Below are positions 20,031-29,435 of a stretch of DNA of 64,000 bases, piece by piece. Both the position numbers and the translations under genes were made by a program. The DNA is taken from contig MEQL01000039.1 in the NCBI GenBank assembly GCA_001770205.1, forward strand, positions 260,787 through 324,786. The letters run 5' to 3'. This DNA comes from Bdellovibrionales bacterium RIFOXYD12_FULL_39_22 (GTDB lineage: Bacteria > Bdellovibrionota > Bacteriovoracia > Bacteriovoracales > Bacteriovoracaceae). Numbering within the stretch: the first letter of the stretch is position 1; every line of letters begins with the position of its first letter. The notes under the pieces are model-generated. The model was not told the DNA's origin and ran no database searches. It was given only the letters and a program-made list of their open reading frames with translations.

Positions 20031-20942
20031 CTATCTTTTCTCCACAAACCGTTTAACATTCATGTAGTAGCTATACAGTTTATTCCCACGCTCAACGCTA
20101 ACATTTTGTAAAATCTCTTTTGCTTCATCATCAAACTTTAAAGTTTTGAGTGTATACGCATAATTTATTCCGATATAAGGTTGCTTAAACATCTGAGCAT
20201 CAATCATTTCAAAATATTTTTTTGCCTCTTGATTTTTTCCACGCAAAAGATGAATATTCGCAATCGCATTTAAAACATCAACGTCTTTCCCATTAAATGT
20301 ATAAAGTTCCATGAATAGTTTATGGGCCTTGTCGACATGCCCATACTTTAAATATAGTTGGGCCAAATTGAATTTAGGTGTTCGCGAATATTTGTGATTT
20401 TTTATGGCCTCTTCAAAGGCCAGTGCTGCATTTTGCTCTTTGCCTTTCTTTATATATAAAACGCCAAGATTATTGATGGCCGGCGCATAACTCCCCTTGA
20501 TACTTAATGCCTTATTAAAATAGAGCATGGCCGAACGCAAATCATTGCGTTGAAAAAAGCAAATACCGATTTGATTCCAATATCCCGGATGCTCCCGATA
20601 CTTCTCATAAATAGCATCAAATAAGCGATCGGCCTCTTGATATTTCCCGCGATAGCAGTGGCCAGCAGCATTGCCCATTTCATCACCGACATCGTCAATC
20701 TTATCTAAATTATATAATTGAATTTTGCCCAAAGTTTCACGAGACAATACATCTTCTTCTACTGCCACATCTTTGTAGTAATCCTCTTTTTCAGAAAAAG
20801 GGCCAACTGGTTGGCGCTTGAAATCCTCGTTAGAAATATTTGCTACCTCTGCATCGAGAGCAGCATCAATAGGCGAAGTAGTTGAACAACCAGCAAAAAG
20901 CATAAAGGCCATTAAGAGGGCAAGAAAAATAATCATTTTCAC
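20031..20942 (-). CDS. TPR lipoprotein (GltE/AglT-like)
   Basis: Lipobox LFAGC; several TPRs ('YWNQIG', 'AINNLG', 'KFNLA', 'LNAIA'). Confidence 0.75.
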   Translation of the reverse strand: MKMIIFLALLMAFMLFAGCSTTSPIDAALDAEVANISNEDFKRQPVGPFSEKEDYYKDVAVEEDVLSRETLGKIQLYNLDKIDDVGDEMGNAAGHCYRGKYQEADRLFDAIYEKYREHPGYWNQIGICFFQRNDLRSAMLYFNKALSIKGSYAPAINNLGVLYIKKGKEQNAALAFEEAIKNHKYSRTPKFNLAQLYLKYGHVDKAHKLFMELYTFNGKDVDVLNAIANIHLLRGKNQEAKKYFEMIDAQMFKQPYIGINYAYTLKTLKFDDEAKEILQNVSVERGNKLYSYYMNVKRFVEKR

Positions 20943-23830
20943 TCGACACCTCCTCTGTCCATCATAACGCCATCTTGCGGCCCAAAATATTCCAGCTCCA
21001 TCGAAGTATCGCTATTTTCCTCTTTTAAAAACCACGCACTTTCGGGAGAAATAATATTATTTTTGTTAATTTGCTTACGGGCCTCCGCAAAATATTCATT
21101 GGCCTGTTTAGCAATAGGCATTGTTAGGCCATTCATGCTTTTTTTGAAGGAGGATAGATATTCTTCTGGTTTATCTTTTGGTGTAAATCCATTAATCTCA
21201 TCTACCAAGTAACGATAACTTTCTACCAATGCTTTATAGGCCTTAACAATTCCTTTCCCCGAACGAACAGACAAGACCTCCATTGCTTTGGCGGTGATTT
21301 TATCTAAAATGGTAAATTTATTTTTTAAAATAGTATTAAAAGTCTGTTCTGGGAATTGTAACTTACCCGACTTCAATTCACGAATATCCTGCTCCAAATC
21401 CATAATCTTAAAGTCAGCAACAGCATCTAATCCTTCCAGTGGAATTTCTAAACGCTTAGATACGCAGAAGGCATAATATTTTTCGATGAGAGCGCGCTCG
21501 CCATTGGCACTGGCCACATCTCCTCGCAAAATAAAGCGTCGATGCGACTGATAAAGAAGTCCAATTATTTCTGGCCAAGAATCCTTATCCGCATCTAGTG
21601 TAACTTTGGTTCTATCAAAAATGGCCCATTCTCCCATTTCCGTTGCGGCCTTGAGTAACTCTATTCTCATTTCATTAACATATCCCGGAGCTACCTCACA
21701 CTTGGCGGCCTGTTCGATAAAGGCCTGTGCTCGCAAAACATTCTTTGCCGTCAAATAGATGACGTTAGCATTTTTAAAAAATAGTTTTTTGTTTTTACTG
21801 GCACGATTACAAACCATATTAAAAGAAGTTTCATAAATAGTAAGTGCATCTTTGAATCGTCGTTTCGCAAACAACTCCGCCCCAAAAGCTAAAAAAGAGT
21901 CTTCAAACTTAACTAAATCATCAGCAGACATAAGCGCTAGTGATTTTTGCGCCCAACCAAAAGTTCTTGTTGCATCGCCTAGTTCATGAAACAAAACAGC
22001 GATATTGTAGGCTGCATTTTTTTTGGCCATAGCACTACTGGTGCGATCTTGATAAATGGCCAAATAGCCTCTCAAGGCCAGTTTTTTATCACCAGAAGAG
22101 TTGGCCTGTTCTACTCCCTCAAACTGAGTAGTAACTAGTAGTATCTGTAATTTTTTGGCATACTCGGCACTAATGACAAATTCTTTGTTGTTAATTCTCT
22201 TAACCCACTTTTGTATTCCTACCGAATCTTTTTTATCTTTGTAATAATCCATGATTCTGGCCAGCATTGCTTCTTGCGTGCTAAAAGCGTTAGGAAAATT
22301 TTTCTTAAACTCTAGCAAAACATTTTCTGCCTGAGGAATTTCTTTTTTATCGTAGTGAGCAGAAAATAGTCGCTGATAAATAACATAGGCCTTTTGCGAG
22401 CGTGGATTATCTTTGAGCACTGCCTCATAAACCAAGGTGGTATAGCGATCCTTGTCCGCTTGCGGCACTTCCTTTTTATCTACTGCGGCCACCAGGCCCG
22501 CATAAGCTAGTTTTAAAACTTTTTTATCCCCAGCTTCAGTAGATTGGGTTATGGACGATTCGTAATATGCAAGACTATCTCGATACCTCCCAACAGCAAA
22601 TAAGGTTTCGGCAGCATTAAATGTTTGCAGATGTTTCTTTTCTGGGGCAAAAACACCATTCAATTTAAAAAACTCAACTGCCAAATTGGCACGTCGAACT
22701 CTCTCTTGTGGGCGATGTGAATATTCGCCCTTTATCACTTGCTGCTGTAGTACTGCGCTATTTTTTTCTAATGAATATTTTAGTAGTTCCTGCTCTGACT
22801 TATCAAGCTCCCCTTCTTTATTTAGTGCAACTAATTTGCGTTGTACCTCTAGTTGCTTTTCAAGATTTAATGTTTTCTCGTAAAGATTCGAAAGCGCAAA
22901 AAGCCCATTTTTTTGATTAATAACATTATCACTTTTTTTCAAGGCCCGTTCAATGAGATTTTCGGCCATTTTATAATTGGCCTTATCGCTAAGCAATTTT
23001 CCTAAGTTAATTAAATTTTTACTAAGATCACCCCCCAAGCTCTCATAGTAATCGATGGCCTTTTGAACTTGTCCGGCCTCCACATAAAAATATCCGATAT
23101 ATCTTTCCACTTCCTTTGACATATCCACAAACTCACCCTTGCCACTCACTTCTCGTACTCGCTGCATTGTAGAAAGTGCCAAAGAGTATTTTTTTTGATA
23201 AAAGTAGCACCAGGATAAATTATAGGCATCTTTGGTCCACCACTTACTTTTCTCTCCACTGCTTAACATTTTTTCATAAAGCGGAGCCGCTTCTTTGTAA
23301 TTATGCTCATTGAAATATATCTCTGCCAAGGCCAGCGCTGAACGCTGATAGGATTTATCTTTGACCGTAGTAGTGCTCATTACTTTCTTAAAATACCTTT
23401 TGGCCACGTCATTACGATTGAATTCTTTAGCATTAAAGGCCAATACATAATAAACATCGGCCATGAACTTAAAAGAGGGATAACGTTTTACAATCAAAAG
23501 GCATAATTGATCCGCTTTAGTAAAATAGGAAGTTGAGTTACGAAAAAACTGAGCTTTATTTATAGCACTACGCTCTTTGCTTCCAACCCTCATGTATGCA
23601 TCTACTTCATCCTCTTTAACTAAACGTCCTCGCTCCAATAAAAGTTCTGACATTCGCAATAACAACTCCGGCCGCTGTCCTTTTGTCTGTTTATTTAAAC
23701 GCACCACCTCTTGTAGCTCTTCTTCAATAACTGCGGCCAATTCTTTGCGCCGGGCAACTTCCTCTTCGGTGGAAGAAAAGATGGACATACTTATTAGACA
23801 TAAAAGCAGGATAGATAAATATTTCATCAT
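20939..23830 (-). CDS. Large periplasmic TPR protein (GltD/AgmU-like)
   Basis: Signal peptide; 'ELLLRMSELLLE'; multiple TPRs; operon position. Confidence 0.72.
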   Translation of the reverse strand: MMKYLSILLLCLISMSIFSSTEEEVARRKELAAVIEEELQEVVRLNKQTKGQRPELLLRMSELLLERGRLVKEDEVDAYMRVGSKERSAINKAQFFRNSTSYFTKADQLCLLIVKRYPSFKFMADVYYVLAFNAKEFNRNDVAKRYFKKVMSTTTVKDKSYQRSALALAEIYFNEHNYKEAAPLYEKMLSSGEKSKWWTKDAYNLSWCYFYQKKYSLALSTMQRVREVSGKGEFVDMSKEVERYIGYFYVEAGQVQKAIDYYESLGGDLSKNLINLGKLLSDKANYKMAENLIERALKKSDNVINQKNGLFALSNLYEKTLNLEKQLEVQRKLVALNKEGELDKSEQELLKYSLEKNSAVLQQQVIKGEYSHRPQERVRRANLAVEFFKLNGVFAPEKKHLQTFNAAETLFAVGRYRDSLAYYESSITQSTEAGDKKVLKLAYAGLVAAVDKKEVPQADKDRYTTLVYEAVLKDNPRSQKAYVIYQRLFSAHYDKKEIPQAENVLLEFKKNFPNAFSTQEAMLARIMDYYKDKKDSVGIQKWVKRINNKEFVISAEYAKKLQILLVTTQFEGVEQANSSGDKKLALRGYLAIYQDRTSSAMAKKNAAYNIAVLFHELGDATRTFGWAQKSLALMSADDLVKFEDSFLAFGAELFAKRRFKDALTIYETSFNMVCNRASKNKKLFFKNANVIYLTAKNVLRAQAFIEQAAKCEVAPGYVNEMRIELLKAATEMGEWAIFDRTKVTLDADKDSWPEIIGLLYQSHRRFILRGDVASANGERALIEKYYAFCVSKRLEIPLEGLDAVADFKIMDLEQDIRELKSGKLQFPEQTFNTILKNKFTILDKITAKAMEVLSVRSGKGIVKAYKALVESYRYLVDEINGFTPKDKPEEYLSSFKKSMNGLTMPIAKQANEYFAEARKQINKNNIISPESAWFLKEENSDTSMELEYFGPQDGVMMDRGGVE

Positions 23831-25284
23831 ATTTCACACTCTGATTTTAAGGCAAAGACATAGTCTCCTAGTTCATCGGCCCAGAACTCACCAATGAAAT
23901 CCCAAAAGTACTGTTTGTCTGTTCTTTTTAAAAATATATAGTCACCTCGCTCGCGAGCTCCTTCACTTTCATTTCCGTAAGGGCGAGAAATAATCGATTC
24001 TTTTTTCTTCCCTAAAATTTCCAACTTAACATAACTCATCGATTGCAACGTTTTATCAACTTGATCCAAATAATTTCCCAGACTGGTTTTAACATAAGCA
24101 CCAATCAAATCTCGCTGCAATAAAAGTGCATCGCGCACTCCTTCTCCCAGTGCTTGTTTTAGATTTACATTATTGATCTCTTTAATAAAATTTAGTTCAT
24201 ACTCTCCTCGCTGAAAGGAGTTTAAAATTTCAATAAAGATTGGATCTTTTACAATGGCACTCAGTATTTGATCAAATAGCGGGTTACCACGTCGCACACC
24301 ATCGCGCGCTTCTTTTGCACTGTTATAGTAATATTGGTAGTTATTTCCCATTCGTTTATATTCACGCTCTAGCGATACAAAGTTGGACTGATAGGCAGCA
24401 TAAAAATCTTCTACTACCTTTTTAGCATCATCCCACATACACATTTCCATATAGGTCAACGCACGCAAAGAATCTATTTCTGGATTAAAAATATGTTCGA
24501 AAACGGGTGCTTTGTAGGTAACTAATTTTCCCAACGTCCTGTTGTAATCACGCAAATAAAAACTATTCCACGCTTCTTCAAATAAAATCTCCGGCCAAAC
24601 GGGGGACTCTTTGGGAAGATCCAGATAGTTAGAATAAGCACTATCATACTGCCCACTAGCAAACTCAGTACGTGGTATACCAATGATACAATAATCACGA
24701 TTAACTTCTAATTGACGAATTCGATCTCGATCTCCTTCTCGTCCCATCTGTTTTTTTGACGCTAAAATACACTCTTTATATGTGACAATCGCATCCGCGG
24801 CATTTCCGGCCACCGAATAGATACTGGCGCGCAACTGTAGTACGAAGGGAAGAATAGGATGATTGGATGGAACATTATCTACCACTTTTTCCAGGGCCTG
24901 AGCATATTTCCTTTGTCGAAAATATTTTTTTGCTAAAATATAACGAATAACTGGAGAAGAAGATCTGGATAAAATTTCGGCGGGTAAAACTTCAAATTGT
25001 TTTACTCCCACCTCCGTAGTCACATCATCAATCATGGAATCAATAACGCTAAGGTCACGGCCGCGATTAGCGGTCATATATTCTTTCAAAAAAGGTATTG
25101 CCGTAAAAAACATTCGCCGATTAATTAGATTTCGCGCAATCTCCGGATAGAGAGCGACGTTGCGCATATGGGCCTCGGAGACATTGGCCAATTCAATGGC
25201 CAAGGAGTGTGACGGCATGCCCATCAGGAACCAAAGGGCCAGCAATATTATTTTAATTTCATTTCCGATATTGATTAATTTCAT
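23827..25284 (-). CDS. Periplasmic TPR protein (GltC-like)
   Basis: Signal peptide; 'WPEILFEEAWNSF...TLGKLVT'; C-terminal 'YFWDFIGEFWADELGDY...SEC'. Confidence 0.72.
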   Translation of the reverse strand: MKLINIGNEIKIILLALWFLMGMPSHSLAIELANVSEAHMRNVALYPEIARNLINRRMFFTAIPFLKEYMTANRGRDLSVIDSMIDDVTTEVGVKQFEVLPAEILSRSSSPVIRYILAKKYFRQRKYAQALEKVVDNVPSNHPILPFVLQLRASIYSVAGNAADAIVTYKECILASKKQMGREGDRDRIRQLEVNRDYCIIGIPRTEFASGQYDSAYSNYLDLPKESPVWPEILFEEAWNSFYLRDYNRTLGKLVTYKAPVFEHIFNPEIDSLRALTYMEMCMWDDAKKVVEDFYAAYQSNFVSLEREYKRMGNNYQYYYNSAKEARDGVRRGNPLFDQILSAIVKDPIFIEILNSFQRGEYELNFIKEINNVNLKQALGEGVRDALLLQRDLIGAYVKTSLGNYLDQVDKTLQSMSYVKLEILGKKKESIISRPYGNESEGARERGDYIFLKRTDKQYFWDFIGEFWADELGDYVFALKSECEI

Positions 25285-25295
25285 TTTAAATCCAT

Positions 25296-26024
25296 TTAAA
25301 ACAGGTTAATCCCTAGCGCTAAGGTTAAATCAAAGTTTTCATAATTTCCTTCGTCATCACTGGTTTTTACCGTCAAGGCCCTCAGCGCACTATAATGCAT
25401 TGCCGTTAGATCCAAACGGATGTGAAACATCGGTGATAGATAAAATTTTAAACCCGTACCCCACATAATCGCATTATGACTCTCTTTGACATCTGCCAGG
25501 CCGGTAGTACCAGTTCGAACAACTTCTCGATTGTTTTTTTCATTAAGCTGTCCATATCCCAGTCCCACCATCCAATCAACATAGACGATGGAGTTAAAAG
25601 TGTTAACCTTGGCATAAAAAGGCGACCATAAAACCATCGCTCCTAAGTAGTTTTCAACAATTCTCCTAAACGGTGTCGACCCAGGGCCGCCAATATTTAA
25701 AACAGATTGGAAATTTTCATTTTCCTCTCCCGAGTTTTGAGCATATAAAAATTCCATCCCCCACTCTTCCGTAAAGAAAAAACCCACTCGCCCCTGCAAG
25801 GATGTCGCATCAACAAAAGCGCCATTAGTGGTCATTCCATAACCAGCACTTAGATGGGCCTTTTTATCTTTGCGATATTTTTTATTCTGTAAGACATAGA
25901 CCTCTTTGTCTGGGTCTAACCAAGAAAAATTGTAGGTAGAAGATTCACCTGCAGATAGTTTGTTTTCAAATAACAAAACGGTTAATAAAAATACTACGGC
26001 AATAATTAGTTTAGGGTAAAACAT
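25296..26024 (-). CDS. Outer-membrane beta-barrel protein (GltA/GltB-like)
   Basis: Signal peptide from ATG 26024; 'VYVLQNKKYRK', 'WSPFYAKVN', amphipathic strands, C-terminal Phe. Confidence 0.75.
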   Translation of the reverse strand: MFYPKLIIAVVFLLTVLLFENKLSAGESSTYNFSWLDPDKEVYVLQNKKYRKDKKAHLSAGYGMTTNGAFVDATSLQGRVGFFFTEEWGMEFLYAQNSGEENENFQSVLNIGGPGSTPFRRIVENYLGAMVLWSPFYAKVNTFNSIVYVDWMVGLGYGQLNEKNNREVVRTGTTGLADVKESHNAIMWGTGLKFYLSPMFHIRLDLTAMHYSALRALTVKTSDDEGNYENFDLTLALGINLF

Positions 26025-26090
26025 GATAGTACTTCCTGTTACTGTTATTACCATTTTAACATAGGCCAAATTTTCTGCAACGCTACTAGA

Positions 26091-29000
26091 CTATTTTTTG
26101 CAGATCGATTGAAATAGACAGACCGGGCAGTGTGAACGCTCTTTTTGCGACAGATTTTCTAATGCTCGCAGATGGCCCAAAAGGTGAGTACTCAAAGCAG
26201 CAAAATCCAAAGTAATCTCAAGGTTTTTTTGCTCTCCAAGATAGGACAAAATTAGTGATACTTTTTCGCTTTTATCTAAATACCCAAGCATATATGTTGC
26301 ATAAGCATATAGCTGGAGTTGGAACCAGTAACTTTTTTCCCCCTTGATATCGTGTCGGCCACTTTTAAAATCCCAAATTTCTAACGGCATTTTGATAGAA
26401 TCTATCGGCCGCAAAATTAAATCCGGAACTCCGTTTACCATAAGGCCATAAAGTGGAAATTTAAAGGGCATCTCTGAAATAATCTGATAGTTCTTGGATA
26501 TTAACTTCTCCTTTAAACATTCTATGATCCATTGCAGAGAGAGTTGATCCGCAGCAGAAAGCTTGGCGCGCTTGTCTTCTTCTGGCCGCATTTCATTTTT
26601 AAGTGCAAAAGAGATTGCTTCATGCAAGGAGATTCCTCGTGCGGCCGAACTTCCCAAGGCGTTATCTTCCATCCCCCCAACCCTTTTTTCCTCTGAAAGT
26701 TCGGCAAAAAAAGGCAATTCATCTTCTTCTATGGTGCAAATATTTTGCAGATAAAACTTGAAGGGACAAGAAATCAAGGTGGCCAAGCGAGTTACAGACA
26801 CTTCCGAGGTTATGGCCAAAAAAGATGTGGCCGATTCATTTTCTCTTGCACAAATACCGCTGCCATTATTTAAAAAAAAGGGCGGCCGTCTACTATCTGA
26901 AATTGTTTTAAAAGAAAAATTTGCAATGCTGGCCGACAATCTCTCGGGAGTAATATTTTTTTCACTTTCCCACAAGCGCAGAGCATTTATCCAACTATTT
27001 TTTCCAACTATCTGCGCCCGATTTTCAAAATAAATATCGGTCCAATTAACTGTTTTAATCGCCCGAGTACAGGCCACATAAAATAATCTTTTGCTCTCAG
27101 AGAAATCCTTATATTTTGCCAGCTCGTTTTCTAAAATATAACGAGGCGACTTATATGCAGATCCTTTGTTATAATTTTTTTTCCATCTAAAACTTCCCGG
27201 CAATTTTCCGAACCAACTAGACTTAGGCAATTGATGGCCATTGCTATGAATGCTGGCCAAAAAAACATGGTCAAATTCCAGTCCTTTTGAGGCATGTACT
27301 GTCATTATCTGCACTGGAATTTCTGTATTGTCGCTATCACTATCTTCACTGGCCTCGCTGCTTTGATAATGATATTCCGTTGAATATTTCTTATCACCGA
27401 TTGTGTTAAGAAGTTGCCAACACTCCTCCACTTCTTCATTGGCAGAACTGATAATAGAAAAAACTACTTTAATATTGTCACGATAATGTGGATTGCTGAT
27501 TCCTGCTGAAAAAAGATATTGATTAAAAGCTGCGGCCAGACCTAAACTATCCACCTCCGCCACAAAGCGCTTGGTAATTTGTTCTAACCAACGATCTGTT
27601 ATAGAAATTTTTATGATTTTTAGATAGTTGGCCAAAAAAAACTTAGTACCCATTTCATATTTTTTCTGGCCCCTCTCCAGAGAATGTTTTTGGGCCTGAT
27701 AATATTCTAGCAAAAGACGAAAAATTTCCACTACAGGATCTTCTCCAAATTCCACTTTAATTTGCGCCACAAAAGGAATTTTTTCTCTTTTTAATAGCTC
27801 TACCAAAACTCTGGCATGGGTTGTTCGAGCATATAAAACAGCAATTGACTCTTTTGCATTCTGCTGACGACGCTGTTTGATGACATCCAACAAGGCATTT
27901 GCTTCTACTTGTCCCAAGTCTGCGGCGGCAACTTTTTTTTCGGCACCAAGATAGTCAGAAACATTAATCTGCTGCCTATAACATGCGCCGGTACTGTTTT
28001 TTTCCTCCTTCTCTTCCGGAAAGTGCTGCTTTTCAAAAGTAACGGCCAAACTATCATGTCCTTCATACTCTTGGCCTTTTTGCAAACAAAAATCAAACAG
28101 TGAATTATTGAAATCAATAACGCCTTTATCTGAACGATAATTATTTCGCAATGACAAATAGCGGCCAATTTCTTGAGAACAACTATTAAATACCGCCAAC
28201 TCTCCACCGCGAAAGCCATAAATGGCCTGTTTCAAATCTCCCACGCAAAAAAGGCGAGACATATCATTCCTAATTATTTTTTTTATAATTTCATATTGAA
28301 TTGAAGAAGTATCTTGGAACTCATCAATTACAAAATAGGAAAAACGCTGGCCAACACGTTTAACGTTGTCTTGATCATCAAGTGCCTTCCACGTTAAATA
28401 TTCCAAGTCAGCAAAAGTTGCACCCGGTAGTAGCAAGTAGTGTTTAGAAATAAAATTATATATTTCATCAACCATCTCTTCCCAGGAAGTAAAAAGATCT
28501 CTCTCGGAAAAATAAGCAAAAAAGTCCTCTTGGTGTTTTTTTAGAAAATTACGAATAATTTCAAAATCATCTATAGCAGCATCCATCACTGGAAGGTTAT
28601 CATTTTTTGTTCGATAGCAGCGTACTCCAAAAATTTCCTCTCGAATATATTCAAAACTTTTTTGATTAAAATCAGAAAGTTTGTTTTTTAGTTCATTTAG
28701 CTTTTCAACGGCCTTATACCAGGCCTTGTTCTGATAGGCGGCATAATCACTCAGTTTTATTTTTTCATATAGCGGATAGTTCAAATTATGAAGTTTAAAA
28801 ATCTCTTCAATAATTATCTGTAGCGAGAGTTTTTTTCTCATTGGATCTTCCCAAAAAGAGCGACTTATGGGATCTGCAAAAATAGCGGCCAAAGACTCGA
28901 TAATCTGCTCCGCAAAATAATCAATGCGATCAATCTCTTCTTGTGGATACTTTCGCTTTTCTTGTGCCTTACTCTGCCAAAGACGAAAGAGTTTTTTAAT

Positions 29001-29435
29001 TTTGTAGCTTAGGCCCAAATTATCCATTATGTTAGTTATGGGAGCAATACCGGCCAACATTCCTGCATTAATTATTTTATAACAAAAACCATCGATAGTT
29101 GTGATGTTCAACGAATCTATGTTTTTTGCTACTAGACTCCAAAAATAACTATCATCGCAAGGGGAAATTTTTTGCTTTATACGCGACTCTAGTTCACTGG
29201 CCGCTTTATTGGTAAACGTCATGTATACAATAGAAGAAAGAAATGTTTTGAGCTTTTTTTCTAATAACAATTTTTCGAGATGGCCATTTCGTTCGTCAAA
29301 CTCCGTTAGCAAATAAATCAAGTGCTCCACCAAAACAAAGGTCTTGCCCGAACCGGCACCCGCGCTTAAAAGAACTCCACCCTGATGTGCAATGGCCGTT
29401 TGCTGTTCGCTATTTGCCACTCGTTTTTTAGTCAT
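26091..29435 (-). CDS. addA: AddA-like UvrD-family helicase with C-terminal PD-(D/E)XK nuclease
   Basis: 'SAGAGSGKT', 'TFTNKAA', 'IDEFQD', 'VGDLKQAIYGFRG', 'NYRS', 'TVHASKGLEF', 'YVACTRA'; nuclease 'PDLI...WDFKSG...QLQLY'. Confidence 0.85.
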   Translation of the reverse strand: MTKKRVANSEQQTAIAHQGGVLLSAGAGSGKTFVLVEHLIYLLTEFDERNGHLEKLLLEKKLKTFLSSIVYMTFTNKAASELESRIKQKISPCDDSYFWSLVAKNIDSLNITTIDGFCYKIINAGMLAGIAPITNIMDNLGLSYKIKKLFRLWQSKAQEKRKYPQEEIDRIDYFAEQIIESLAAIFADPISRSFWEDPMRKKLSLQIIIEEIFKLHNLNYPLYEKIKLSDYAAYQNKAWYKAVEKLNELKNKLSDFNQKSFEYIREEIFGVRCYRTKNDNLPVMDAAIDDFEIIRNFLKKHQEDFFAYFSERDLFTSWEEMVDEIYNFISKHYLLLPGATFADLEYLTWKALDDQDNVKRVGQRFSYFVIDEFQDTSSIQYEIIKKIIRNDMSRLFCVGDLKQAIYGFRGGELAVFNSCSQEIGRYLSLRNNYRSDKGVIDFNNSLFDFCLQKGQEYEGHDSLAVTFEKQHFPEEKEEKNSTGACYRQQINVSDYLGAEKKVAAADLGQVEANALLDVIKQRRQQNAKESIAVLYARTTHARVLVELLKREKIPFVAQIKVEFGEDPVVEIFRLLLEYYQAQKHSLERGQKKYEMGTKFFLANYLKIIKISITDRWLEQITKRFVAEVDSLGLAAAFNQYLFSAGISNPHYRDNIKVVFSIISSANEEVEECWQLLNTIGDKKYSTEYHYQSSEASEDSDSDNTEIPVQIMTVHASKGLEFDHVFLASIHSNGHQLPKSSWFGKLPGSFRWKKNYNKGSAYKSPRYILENELAKYKDFSESKRLFYVACTRAIKTVNWTDIYFENRAQIVGKNSWINALRLWESEKNITPERLSASIANFSFKTISDSRRPPFFLNNGSGICARENESATSFLAITSEVSVTRLATLISCPFKFYLQNICTIEEDELPFFAELSEEKRVGGMEDNALGSSAARGISLHEAISFALKNEMRPEEDKRAKLSAADQLSLQWIIECLKEKLISKNYQIISEMPFKFPLYGLMVNGVPDLILRPIDSIKMPLEIWDFKSGRHDIKGEKSYWFQLQLYAYATYMLGYLDKSEKVSLILSYLGEQKNLEITLDFAALSTHLLGHLRALENLSQKERSHCPVCLFQSICKK

